A stretch of DNA of 64,000 bases from Verrucomicrobiales bacterium. GTDB taxonomy: Bacteria; Verrucomicrobiota; Verrucomicrobiia; Limisphaerales; UBA9464. A program made the translations under genes and the position numbers. Positions 9,901 through 19,613 of the stretch are shown piece after piece (position 1 is the first letter of the stretch; the number at the start of each line of letters is the position of its first letter). Under the pieces are notes generated by a model. That model saw only the letters and a list, made by a program, of their open reading frames with translations, was not told where the DNA came from and did no database searches. The DNA lies in assembly GCA_027488845.1 (NCBI GenBank), contig JAIYBC010000055.1, positions 77,301 through 141,300 of the forward strand, given 5' to 3'.

Positions 9901-12347
9901 AGCGGACCCTCCCATTCCATTCCCTGACCTCGTTCGTCGTCGCCGCGCTGCTGGCGGTTCCCCACGGCGTCGTCGCCGCGGCGCCGAAAGGGCGTCCATC
10001 CATCCCCGATTTCACCCGGAACGAGCCCATTCCCGCCGGCGCAAGGCATGACTGGAACCTCGGGCCCACCGGGCTGAGGGGCTGGATGTACTGCGACCGG
10101 ATGGTGACCACCGAGGCGCGGCAGATCTCCGTCACCCGGGTGGAGAAGGGGTCCCCCGCCGAGGGCTCCTTCGTTGTCGGCGACGTTCTCCTCGGGGTCG
10201 GGGGCAAATCGTTCTCCCGCGACCCGCGCACCGAGTTCGGCAAGGCGATCACCGCCGCCGAAACGGAGGCGGGTGGCGGCAATCTGACAGTGACCCGCTG
10301 GCGGGCGGGCAAGACGGAAGAGGTCGTCGTGAAGCTGCCGGTTCTCGGAAGCTATGCGGCCACGGCGCCCTTCGACTGCCCGAAGTCGAAACGCATCCTG
10401 GATCAGGGGTACAAGGCGTTGGCGGCAAAGGTGGCGAAGCCTCGGTCGCAAGACGATCCCATCGTCCGTTCCATCAATTCGCTGGCCCTTCTCGCCAGCG
10501 GCGACCCCGCCTTTCTCCCGCTGGTCCGGAAGGAGGCGCAGTGGGCGGCCTCCTTCTCCGAAACCTCGATGCAGACCTGGTATTACGGCTACGTCATGCT
10601 GCTGCTCTCCGAGTATGTCCAGGCCACCGGAGACGTGTCGGTGATGCCGGGCCTGAGGCGTCTCGCGCTGGAAGCCGCCAACGGTCAGAGCGCCGTGGGT
10701 TCCTGGGGACACGGCTTCGCGAAACCCGACGGCCGCCTGGGCGGCTACGGGATGATGAATTCCCCGGGCTTGCCGCTGACCATTTCCCTGGTCTTGGCGC
10801 GCGAGGCCGGCGTGAAGGATCCCGAGCTGCCCCGCGCCATCGAACTCAGCGCCCGCCTGCTGCGGTTCTACATCGGCAAGGGTGCGATCCCCTACGGCGA
10901 CCACCACCCTTGGATTGAGAACCACGAGGACAACGGCAAGTGCGGCATGGCCGCCGTCCTCTTCAACCTGCTCGGCGAAGCCGAAGGCGCGGAGTTCTTC
11001 TCCCGTATGGGCGTCGCCTCCCACGGACCCGAGCGCGACACGGGTCACACCGGCAACTTCTTCAACATCCTCTGGGCGATGCCGGGAGTCGCCCAGTCCG
11101 GGCCGGACGCGACGGGAGCCTGGATGCAGGAGTTCGGATCCTGGTACTTCGACCTCGCCCGCCGCTGGGATGGAACGTTCTCCCATCAGGGTCCTCCGGA
11201 ACCGGACAACGACAGCTACGAAGGCTGGGACGCGACGGGCGCCTACCTGCTGGCGTACTCGATGCCCTTGAAGAAGATCAACCTGACCGGCAAACGCCCG
11301 GGAATCGTCCCGCGGCTCGACGCCGCCGGGGCCGAGGCGCTCATCCTCGACGGCCGCGGCTGGGACAACAAGGACCGCTACAGCGCCTACGACAGACTGG
11401 ACGAGGCTCAACTTGTGGAGCGTCTCGGCAGCTGGTCGCCGGTGGTCCGCGAGCGGGCCGCGATGGCGTTGGGACGGCGCAAGGAAGTTTCCATCGAACC
11501 CCTCGTGAAGCTGCTCGGGTCCCCGTCCTTGGAGTCCCGCTATGGCGCCTGCCAGGCCCTGACCGCCCTGCGGGGACGAGGGGCGCCGGCCATCGAAGCC
11601 CTGGCTCGGTGTCTCACCGAGAAGGACCTCTGGCTGCGCATCAAGGCCGCAGAGGCGCTCGCGGCGATGGGGCGCCCGGCCATGAAGACGGTTCCCAGGC
11701 TGCTGGAACTGCTGGCCGAGGTGGATCCGAAGGGGGACCCACGCGGCATGCAGCAGCGGTACCTTTCCTTCGCCCTCTTCGACAGTGGCGGAATGCTGGG
11801 ACGATCGCTCGAGGGCGTGGACCGCAAGGCGCTCTACGAGGCCGTGCGGGCCGGGCTCAAGAACCAGGACGGACGCGCCCGTGGCAGCATCGGATCGGTC
11901 TATCGGATCCTTTCGGCCGAGGAGATCCAGCCGCTGCTGCCGGCCATCTACCAGGCGATCGTCGAGCCGGCTCCGAGCGGTGAGATGTTCGCCGACACCA
12001 TCCGCGTGGAGGGGCTTCGCCTCTTGGCCAAACATCGGATCGAGGAGGGGATCGACGCCTGCGTGCGATACACGCGCGACCAGAATCCCTGGGCGAGCGA
12101 GCATCGGACGCCGGAATTGATGGAGATCCTCCTCAGCTACGGCACCCACGCCCAGGCGGTGATCCCGGAGCTGACACGGATCGGCAACTACTTCGAGAAG
12201 GAGGAGAAGGACTTCCCGAGGAACCTGATGCTCCAGAAGGCGAAGAGCGTTCGCGAAACGATACGGGCGATCGAGGCTTCGACGAACACTCCGGTCCTCG
12301 GTCGCATCCGGAAGGACTCCGACCGCGACAAGGAAACGGTCAGGTGA
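9897..12347 (+). CDS. large secreted protein with N-terminal PDZ domain and C-terminal HEAT/armadillo-like repeats
   Basis: MKRTLPFHSLTSFVVAALLAVPHGVVAAAP is a signal peptide. The PDZ-like segment is VTRVEKGSPAEGSFVVGDVLLGVGGKSF. The C-terminal third shows HEAT-like repeat periodicity (SPSLESRYGACQALTALRG; LWLRIKAAEALAAMG). 816 aa. Confidence 0.6.
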   Translation: MKRTLPFHSLTSFVVAALLAVPHGVVAAAPKGRPSIPDFTRNEPIPAGARHDWNLGPTGLRGWMYCDRMVTTEARQISVTRVEKGSPAEGSFVVGDVLLGVGGKSFSRDPRTEFGKAITAAETEAGGGNLTVTRWRAGKTEEVVVKLPVLGSYAATAPFDCPKSKRILDQGYKALAAKVAKPRSQDDPIVRSINSLALLASGDPAFLPLVRKEAQWAASFSETSMQTWYYGYVMLLLSEYVQATGDVSVMPGLRRLALEAANGQSAVGSWGHGFAKPDGRLGGYGMMNSPGLPLTISLVLAREAGVKDPELPRAIELSARLLRFYIGKGAIPYGDHHPWIENHEDNGKCGMAAVLFNLLGEAEGAEFFSRMGVASHGPERDTGHTGNFFNILWAMPGVAQSGPDATGAWMQEFGSWYFDLARRWDGTFSHQGPPEPDNDSYEGWDATGAYLLAYSMPLKKINLTGKRPGIVPRLDAAGAEALILDGRGWDNKDRYSAYDRLDEAQLVERLGSWSPVVRERAAMALGRRKEVSIEPLVKLLGSPSLESRYGACQALTALRGRGAPAIEALARCLTEKDLWLRIKAAEALAAMGRPAMKTVPRLLELLAEVDPKGDPRGMQQRYLSFALFDSGGMLGRSLEGVDRKALYEAVRAGLKNQDGRARGSIGSVYRILSAEEIQPLLPAIYQAIVEPAPSGEMFADTIRVEGLRLLAKHRIEEGIDACVRYTRDQNPWASEHRTPELMEILLSYGTHAQAVIPELTRIGNYFEKEEKDFPRNLMLQKAKSVRETIRAIEASTNTPVLGRIRKDSDRDKETVR

Positions 12348-12391
12348 ACACGGTCTGGGGAACCGACAGGGGAAGCTCCGAAAGGGGGAAT

Positions 12392-12480
<89 letters not shown>

Positions 12481-12566
12481 GCCGCGGCCCGCGGAGAGTG
12501 GAGGAACCGCCGGGCAGACCGCAACGGGTTTTTGTGACGGGCCTTCCGGCGGTCTGCCCGCGGGGC

Positions 12567-12833
12567 TCAGTTCTGCGGCGTCCAGGCGCCAACCGCACCC
12601 TTGCCCGGGGCCTTGGCGATGGGTTCGTCGGTCGGATCGCTCAAGGACCGGAGCACGGCTTCCGCACGGGCCGATTGGCCTTCGCCGAGATGCCGGAGCG
12701 CCGACCGGAAGGCGTCCAAGCGGAAATCCGCGTCGCCCTCCGCCCGGTCGACGCGGTCGAGGAACGCGGCGATCTCGATCAGCTTGCAACGGGCGTCCAT
12801 GAAGTAGAGGTCGAGCACCTGCTGGCGTGTCAT
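12567..12833 (-). CDS. hypothetical small protein (88 aa)
   Basis: ORF from MTRQQVLDLYFMDARCKLIEIAAFLDRVDRAEG..., divergent from proC. No recognised motif, and it could be a GC-driven artefact. Confidence 0.3.
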   Translation of the reverse strand: MTRQQVLDLYFMDARCKLIEIAAFLDRVDRAEGDADFRLDAFRSALRHLGEGQSARAEAVLRSLSDPTDEPIAKAPGKGAVGAWTPQN

Positions 12834-12970
12834 GGGGTCAGGATAGGCCGGGACGGACCGGTTTGGAAGGGGACGCCTTCGCCGTGGGTGTCGCGGAAGG
12901 GGCGGCATGGAATGGCGGCGGGGATTTTCCGGTGTCGCCGACGCGGTGCCGCTGCTAGACACCCCGTGCT

Positions 12971-13780
12971 ATGTCCGGACTCTCCATTGGATTCCTCGGT
13001 GCAGGGAAGATGGCCACCGCCTTGGGCAAGGGTTTCGTGGCCGCCGGCCTTGTCGGTCCGGACCGCCTGCTCGCCAGCGACCCGATCAAGGCCGCCCGGG
13101 ATGCGTTCGCCCGGGACACCGGCGGCAAGGTCAGCAATTCCAACTTCGACATCGTCGCCGCCGCGGACGTCCTTTTCCTCGCGGTGAAGCCGGATCAGGT
13201 CGCCGGGCTTCTCAACGAACTGCGCCCGAACATCGACGTGAAGAAGCACCTGGTGGTCTCGATCGCGGCGGGTGTGACCCTTGCACGCATGGAGGCGGCG
13301 GCGGCTCCCGGAACGCGGATCGTCCGCGTGATGCCCAACACGCCGGCGCTGGTCGGCGCGAGCGCCTCGGCCTTCGCCACCGGTTCCGCCGCCACGCGGG
13401 CCGACGCCGAGACCGCCCAAAGGCTGCTCGGATCCGTCGGACTCGCCATGGAGGTGAAGGAGAAGCTGCTCGACGCCGTGACCGGTGTCAGCGGAAGCGG
13501 ACCGGCCTACGCCTTCATGATGATCGAGGCGTTGGCGGATGGCGGCGTCGCGGCAGGGCTTCCCCGGGACATCGCGCAGCGGTTGGCCGCCCAGACGTTG
13601 CTCGGCGCGGCCAAGATGGTGCTCGAGACCGGTCAGCATCCCGGTGCGCTGAAGGACGCGGTCTGCAGCCCCGGAGGAACCACCATCGAGGCGGTGCATG
13701 AGCTGGAGAAGGGCGGTCTGCGGGCCACCTTGATCTCCGCCGTCCGGGTCGCCTCGGAGAAGGCCGCCCGGCTCGCCTGA
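12971..13780 (+). CDS. proC: pyrroline-5-carboxylate reductase
   Basis: The Rossmann motif GFLGAGKMATAL and full-length similarity to ProC, including VMPNTPALVG and SPGGTTIEAVHELEKGG. Confidence 0.9.
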   Translation: MSGLSIGFLGAGKMATALGKGFVAAGLVGPDRLLASDPIKAARDAFARDTGGKVSNSNFDIVAAADVLFLAVKPDQVAGLLNELRPNIDVKKHLVVSIAAGVTLARMEAAAAPGTRIVRVMPNTPALVGASASAFATGSAATRADAETAQRLLGSVGLAMEVKEKLLDAVTGVSGSGPAYAFMMIEALADGGVAAGLPRDIAQRLAAQTLLGAAKMVLETGQHPGALKDAVCSPGGTTIEAVHELEKGGLRATLISAVRVASEKAARLA

Positions 13781-13812
13781 GCCCGGTCCGCGACCCGACT
13801 TCCGCGTTTCCC

Positions 13813-15108
13813 ATGCTTCCTCCACCGACCGAGACCCAGTCCAGGATCCTCTGGTTCGCCTTCACGTCGGTCGCCGTCGCCGCGATCCTGGCGCTGCTCG
13901 GCGGCGTGGTGTGGAGCCTCGGCGTGCTGCTGCGCCTGCTCTCCCCGGTGCTCTGGCCCCTAGCGGTGGCCGGTGTGCTGGCCTACCTGCTCGATCCCCT
14001 GGTCGACCTGCTCGGCCGACGCGGCATCCCCAGGGCCCGGGCCATCCTGCTCGTCTTCGTCACCGCGCTTGCATTGATGGTGGGCGCCTTGGCCAGCGTC
14101 GTTCCCCAGATCTACCGGGAGACCCAGCAGTTCGCGGAACGGGTTCCCGGCTACAGCCAGAAGGTGCAACAGCAGGTCAACTCCTGGGCCACCAACCCGC
14201 CGGTGCTGGTGCGGAAGGCGCTCGACCTCCGCTCGCGCTTCCTTCCCGGCGCCTTGAAGGACACCAACGCCGCGGCCGCGAACGGCACCGACGCGGCGCC
14301 GAGGGATTCCTCACCGCACAATTCCGAAGGCGGCCCGGCCATCGATCCTGGGACCCTGAAGTCCGCCACCGCCTGGCTGGCGAACCTCCTGCCCGAGGCC
14401 GGGGCCTGGGCCTTCGGCCAGGTCAGCAAGGTGTCCGGCTGGTTCGGCATCCTCGCCGGCCTCGCGCTGATCCCGGTCTACGCGTTCTACTTCCTCCTGG
14501 AAAAGGACGGCATCGAACGCCGCTGGACCGACTACCTCCCGGTCCGCCACTCGGAGTTCAAGGACGAGCTGGTGTTCGTGCTCCGGTCCATCAACGACTA
14601 CCTCATCGTCTACTTCCGGAGCCAGGTGCTCGTGGCCCTCTGCGACGGCGTCCTCTACACCATCGGCTTCCTCGTCATCGGGCTGCCCTACGCGTTCCTC
14701 ATCGGGCTCGTGGCCACGGTGATGACCATGATCCCGTTCCTCGGCGCGATCGTCACCTGCGGCGCCGCGGTGGTCATCGGCTTCGCCACCTCCGGCAGCT
14801 GGCAGCTGCCCGCGGGGGCGGTGGTCGTGTTCGCGGTCGTCCAGGTGGTCGAAGGACTCGTCATCTCCCCCAAGATCATGGGCGAACGGGTCGGCCTCCA
14901 TCCGCTCACCATCATCATCGCCGTCATGGTCGGAACGAACGTCATGGGCGGCGTCCTCGGAGGCGTGCTCGCCATCCCGCTCACCGCCGCCCTGAGGGTG
15001 CTGATGTTCCGCTATGTCTGGCGCGTGCCGGCAAACGCGGGGAAGGGGGGCGCGAAGGCCGGGACCAAGCCGGCCAAGGGCTCCGCGAAGCCCGCGGCCG
15101 CGCGCTGA
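13813..15108 (+). CDS. AI-2E family transporter (PerM-like permease)
   Basis: A multi-TM protein with the AI-2E/UPF0118 hallmarks (LDPLVDLLGRRGIPRA; MIPFLGAIV; VVQVVEGLVISPKIMG) and a basic C-terminal tail. Confidence 0.8.
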   Translation: MLPPPTETQSRILWFAFTSVAVAAILALLGGVVWSLGVLLRLLSPVLWPLAVAGVLAYLLDPLVDLLGRRGIPRARAILLVFVTALALMVGALASVVPQIYRETQQFAERVPGYSQKVQQQVNSWATNPPVLVRKALDLRSRFLPGALKDTNAAAANGTDAAPRDSSPHNSEGGPAIDPGTLKSATAWLANLLPEAGAWAFGQVSKVSGWFGILAGLALIPVYAFYFLLEKDGIERRWTDYLPVRHSEFKDELVFVLRSINDYLIVYFRSQVLVALCDGVLYTIGFLVIGLPYAFLIGLVATVMTMIPFLGAIVTCGAAVVIGFATSGSWQLPAGAVVVFAVVQVVEGLVISPKIMGERVGLHPLTIIIAVMVGTNVMGGVLGGVLAIPLTAALRVLMFRYVWRVPANAGKGGAKAGTKPAKGSAKPAAAR

Positions 15109-15237
15109 GGTTGAACATCCGTGGGTGTCCGCGAGTCGTTGACCCGGGGAACCCGGCCCGGAATCCGTGATCGTCCCGGAAGGACGATTCCGTTCCGAAC
15201 TTCCGTTTGGCTTCCCACCCACCCCATTCCATAGTCC

Positions 15238-17913
15238 ATGTCCATGAAAGTCCGGATGTCGCGCTGGTCCGCCCTGCTGGCCTCGCTGCTGTCCCTGGCC
15301 GTCCTCGCGGACCAGCCCGGGGCCGCAACCAACCCTCCCGTCCACCTGGGGACATCGGACAGCGGGGTCCTGCCCTCGAAGTTCACGGCGCCCAAGACGC
15401 TGGCGCCCGAGGATTCCAACGGCGAGATCGCCAAGCTGGCCGCCCGGATGATCGAGCGCTCCCACTTCCTCCGGCGCGAGTTCGACGACGGCGTCTCCGA
15501 GCAGTTCTTCGAACGCTTCTTCGAGGCGCTCGACCCGCAGAAGCTCTATTTCCTGCAGTCCGACTACGAGGAGTTCCTCCCGCTGAAGAAGCAGCTGGAC
15601 GACCTGACGGTCCGCCGCGGCGACACGCGTCCGGCCTATGACGTCTTCAACCGCTACCTGCAGCGCATCGACCAGCAGTACGCCCTGGTGATGGAACAGC
15701 TGAAGGAGGAGCGCTTCGAGTTCGACCGCGACGTCCGGATCCTGCTGAACCGGAAGGATGCGCCGCGTCCGAAGTCGGTCGATGAGGCCCGTGGTCTTTG
15801 GAAGGAACGTCTGCGGTTCGAATACCTCTCCGAGAAGCTCAGCCGCGACTTCGACAGTCTTTCCACGAACCTGTGGACGAAGCTGACGACCGAACCCGAT
15901 CCGGAGCCCGAGGTGGAGCTCCCGGCGATCCCCGCGGCTGGCGACGCCCCGTCGACGGCCGCGACCAACAAGGTCGCCACCGCCAAGCCGGTGCCTGCCC
16001 CGGCGCCGAAGCCGTTGATGGTGGGTGGCAAGAAGGTGGCCGACCTGCATCTCGCCGGCCTGGAGAAGCGCCTCGGCGAACTGCTCAACACCAACCGGGC
16101 CGCCGAGTTCGCACGCCTCGCCGAGCAGGGCCGTTTCACCTCCGTCTCCGACGTCCGGGCCTTCGTGGAGAAGAACCTCCCCGAGGACCGGCACCAGGAC
16201 ATCGTGAAGACCCTCACCCGCCGTTACAACCGGGTGATGCGGAACCTCAAGCAGTTCGAGCCCAAGGAGGTCCTCCAGTTCTACCTCGACGCCCTCGCCC
16301 ACTCCTACGATCCGCATTCCAACTACTTCGGACCGCGTGAGGAGGACGCCTTCGCGATGTCCATGACCCTGTCGTTCGTGGGCATCGGCGCGGTCCTGAC
16401 CACCGAGGACGGCTATGCGATGATCAGCGAGATCAAGCCCGGCAGCCCGGCGGAGAAGTCCAAGTCGCTGAAGGCCGGCGACAAGATCGTCTCCGTGGCG
16501 CAGGACCGACAGCCCCCGGTCGACGTGATCGACGAGAAGCTGCAGAAGGTGGTGGAGCAGATCCGCGGGCCGAAGGGCACCAAGGTGACCCTGACCTACA
16601 TCCCGAAGGGCGCGGATCCGAGCACCCGGAAGTCGGTGACGATCACCCGGGATACCATCCCGTTGGAGGACCAGGAGGCGAAGGCGAAGCTGGTGTTGCT
16701 GCCCGGCTTGGACGGCAAGACCAACCGCATCGGCGTGATCGACCTTCCCGCCTTCTACAGCGGTGCCATCGGCGGCGGCGGCGCGACCAAGAGCCCGACC
16801 GCGGACGTGGCCAAGCTGCTCCGGAAGCTCATGTCGGAGAACGTCGACGGCGTGGTGCTCGACCTGCGTCGCAACGGCGGCGGTTCCCTCGAGGAATGCG
16901 TCAACCTCACCGGCCTCTTCATCAAGACCGGCCCGGTGGTGCAGGTCGTGAACTCCCTCGGCCAGCACCGCATCCTCGAGGACGAGGATCCGGACGTGCT
17001 CTACGAGGGACCGCTGGTGGTGTTGACCAGCCGCTTCAGCGCCTCGGCTTCCGAGATCCTTGCGGGTGCGCTTCAGGACTACGGCCGCGCGATCGTGGTG
17101 GGTGACAGCGCGACCCACGGAAAGGGAACCGTGCAGAACCTGCAGGCGCTCGATCCCTACTACCGCGGCCAGGGCAAGCCCGGCCAGGTGAAGGTGACCA
17201 TCAGCAAGTTCTACCGGCCTTCCGGTTCCTCCACGCAGCTCAAGGGCGTCGTCCCGGACATCGTCCTGCCGAGCGTGAACAACTACGCGGAGATCGGTGA
17301 ATCCGCGATGAGCAACGCGCTGCCGTGGAACACCATCAGCCCGGTGCGCTACGACCACTACACCAGGGTCCCCGCGCTGCTTCCCGAGCTGCGTCGCCGA
17401 TCGGACGAGCGGGTCGGTGCCGACCGTGACTTCTCCTACATCCGCGAGGACATCGAGCGCTTCCGCAAGCAGCTGGCCGACCGGACGGTTTCGTTGAACG
17501 AGTCGAGCCGGCTGGCCGAGATGCGGGCCGACAAGGAGCGTGCGGCCAAGCGGCGCGAGGAGATCGAATCCCGGAACGAACGGGAACCGCTCACCTACAA
17601 GCTCACCCTGAAGGACGCCGGCAAGCCGGGTCTGCCCGAGCCGGAGAACTCCAAGCCGTTGATCGCGGCGACCAAGCGCGACGAGCGGACCCTTCGCAGC
17701 GGCGCGGGCCGCGAATCCGCCTCCGCCTCGGAGAACCGCAAGAAGGAGAAGACCGCGGAAGGTGAAGCCGAAGAGGATGCCGAAGAAGAGGGCGTGGCCG
17801 CGGACGTGAACCTCCGCGAGGCCCAGCGCATCCTCATCGACTTCGTGCAGCTGTCGCGCGGCCAGAAGGGGCTCGCCGGCGCGCCGAAGACGGTCGATCC
17901 GAAGGCCAACTGA
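15238..17913 (+). CDS. carboxyl-terminal processing (tail-specific) protease, S41 family, Prc-like
   Basis: Signal peptide, a PDZ domain, the S41 catalytic region (VLTSRFSASASEILAGALQDYGRAIVVGDSATHGKGTVQ) and the Prc-type C-terminal domain. It has a long Ala/Pro-rich linker and a charged tail. The start may be 15244 rather than 15238. Confidence 0.8.
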   Translation: MSMKVRMSRWSALLASLLSLAVLADQPGAATNPPVHLGTSDSGVLPSKFTAPKTLAPEDSNGEIAKLAARMIERSHFLRREFDDGVSEQFFERFFEALDPQKLYFLQSDYEEFLPLKKQLDDLTVRRGDTRPAYDVFNRYLQRIDQQYALVMEQLKEERFEFDRDVRILLNRKDAPRPKSVDEARGLWKERLRFEYLSEKLSRDFDSLSTNLWTKLTTEPDPEPEVELPAIPAAGDAPSTAATNKVATAKPVPAPAPKPLMVGGKKVADLHLAGLEKRLGELLNTNRAAEFARLAEQGRFTSVSDVRAFVEKNLPEDRHQDIVKTLTRRYNRVMRNLKQFEPKEVLQFYLDALAHSYDPHSNYFGPREEDAFAMSMTLSFVGIGAVLTTEDGYAMISEIKPGSPAEKSKSLKAGDKIVSVAQDRQPPVDVIDEKLQKVVEQIRGPKGTKVTLTYIPKGADPSTRKSVTITRDTIPLEDQEAKAKLVLLPGLDGKTNRIGVIDLPAFYSGAIGGGGATKSPTADVAKLLRKLMSENVDGVVLDLRRNGGGSLEECVNLTGLFIKTGPVVQVVNSLGQHRILEDEDPDVLYEGPLVVLTSRFSASASEILAGALQDYGRAIVVGDSATHGKGTVQNLQALDPYYRGQGKPGQVKVTISKFYRPSGSSTQLKGVVPDIVLPSVNNYAEIGESAMSNALPWNTISPVRYDHYTRVPALLPELRRRSDERVGADRDFSYIREDIERFRKQLADRTVSLNESSRLAEMRADKERAAKRREEIESRNEREPLTYKLTLKDAGKPGLPEPENSKPLIAATKRDERTLRSGAGRESASASENRKKEKTAEGEAEEDAEEEGVAADVNLREAQRILIDFVQLSRGQKGLAGAPKTVDPKAN

Positions 17914-18208
17914 GCCGGATCCACGGAATGGGGCCTAGGAGGGACGGGGACCTCACGCCAATGCGCAAAGGCGCCAACGGGAAGCCGGATCCGGATCCGG
18001 GGCTGGAATGGGTCAGCCCCGGTTGACGTGACGGTCGCATTTGCTGCAGAGGGACCCGCGTTTCGCCCCTCCGGTTCCTTCGCGGCTTGGTGTCTTCGCA
18101 TGAGCCTCACTCCCTCTTGGGGCCGGTTGGGCCCGGAGGCCACGGCGCGCGTGCATTTCTGAAGCGCCCGGGCTTCACTCCGGGTTCCGTTTCGCATTTC
18201 GTCACCTC

Positions 18209-19189
18209 ATGAAACCACGCATCGCATTCGTCGGAGTCGGACGCATGGGGGCCAACATGGCCCGCCGTCTCCAGGAAACCGGATTCCGGGTCACCGCGGT
18301 CTTCGACGCCCGCCGCAAGACCGCCGAAGCCCTCGCCCAGGAACTCGGATGCGAGGCGCCCAAGCGCCTGGCCGACGTCGTGGCCGCCGCGGACGTGGTG
18401 GTTACGGTGGTGACCGACGACGCCGCCATGGAGCGGATCTTCGCCACGAAGGGCGACAGCCTGCTCCGCGGCGCCAAGGACCGTCTCTTCATCAACTGCG
18501 CCACGGTTTCCCCCGCGGTCCACGTGATGGTGGAGAAACGGGCCCAGGCGGTCGGGGCTTCCTCCCTGGAGGCCTGCATGGCCTCGAGCATCACCCAGGC
18601 ACGTCAGGGGTCGCTCTACCTGATGCTGGGTGGCACCGACGCGGCCTTCGAGCAGGCGAAGCCGGTGTTGGAGCGGCTTGCCTCCTCCAGCCGCTACATC
18701 GGGCCGGCCGGCACCGCGGCGCAGGTGAAGGCGCTGGTCAACATGGTGATGAACATCAACACCGCCGGCCTCGCCGAAGGACTCGGACTCGGCGCCGCTC
18801 TGGGTCTTGATCTCGCGATGCTGCGGGAAGTGTTCTCGCAGACCGGCGCGAACTCGCGGGTGTTGCAGACCGACGGCGAGGACATGCAGAACCGCGACCA
18901 CTCCTGCTTCTTCAGCGCCGCCCACGCGGCCAAGGACTCGGGCATCGCCCTCGGACTGGCGAAGGCCGCGAAGTGCCGGACCCCGCTGGCCAAGGCCACG
19001 TTCGACCAGTATTCCAAGATGGTTGCCTCCGGGTTGGGTGAACTCGACAAGTCGGGTGTCGCCGAACTGACCTTCCCCGGCCGTGGACCCAAGCCGCCCG
19101 CCCGTGCCAAGGCTTCCGCCCGTGCCAAGGCTTCCGCCCCGGCCAGCAAGCCGGCCGCGGCCAAGTCGAAGCCGGCGAAACGCCGCTGA
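18209..19189 (+). CDS. NAD(P)-dependent oxidoreductase, 3-hydroxyisobutyrate dehydrogenase/6-phosphogluconate dehydrogenase-like family, with Lys/Ala-rich C-terminal tail
   Basis: IAFVGVGRMGANMARRL Rossmann motif and beta-hydroxyacid dehydrogenase core. The C-terminal PKPPARAKASARAKASAPASKPAAAKSKPAKRR tail is encoded partly by an 18-nt tandem repeat at 19100-19137. Confidence 0.75.
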   Translation: MKPRIAFVGVGRMGANMARRLQETGFRVTAVFDARRKTAEALAQELGCEAPKRLADVVAAADVVVTVVTDDAAMERIFATKGDSLLRGAKDRLFINCATVSPAVHVMVEKRAQAVGASSLEACMASSITQARQGSLYLMLGGTDAAFEQAKPVLERLASSSRYIGPAGTAAQVKALVNMVMNINTAGLAEGLGLGAALGLDLAMLREVFSQTGANSRVLQTDGEDMQNRDHSCFFSAAHAAKDSGIALGLAKAAKCRTPLAKATFDQYSKMVASGLGELDKSGVAELTFPGRGPKPPARAKASARAKASAPASKPAAAKSKPAKRR

Positions 19190-19263
19190 GCGGAGCCCTT
19201 GAGGCTTCCGCAATCGCTTGGGCGCCGGATGCAGGCAGAGGGGACCGGCACGCAAAGAACCGA

Positions 19264-19287
19264 CCCCAACCGATTGGGGTGTTTTGC
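19264..19287 (+). terminator. putative rho-independent terminator
   Basis: A ccccaa-ccga-ttgggg hairpin followed by tgttttg, about 75 nt after the oxidoreductase stop. Confidence 0.4.
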
Positions 19288-19613
19288 TGCAATGAAGCGG
19301 CAGTCACCAAACTGTTTACATCGTTCAACGAGTTCGGCGTAAGTGGCTCGCAATCAACGTAACTGTCTTCACTTCATTGGTAGCCGCGAAGCCGCGGAAT
19401 CGGAATCCGACAGGTTGCCACCGGCCGGGATTTGGATCCGATGACCCGTTCGCGTCTTGGCATTTTTGCGTGAGGTCCCCTTCGCTCCTTTTGAATGGTT
19501 CAGGCGAAGCGGCGAGCTGGCGCTGGAGCGGGGAACTCGAGCGGAACCGGACGCAGCCTACGGCGGCCGAAGTGCGGGCCTGAGCCGGAGACCGGGCCGA
19601 ATTGGACCTCCGG

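Noticed and set aside
14311-17358. 1015-aa minus-strand ORF
   Set aside because: It is antisense to the AI-2E transporter and the tail-specific protease, and is a GC-driven artefact.
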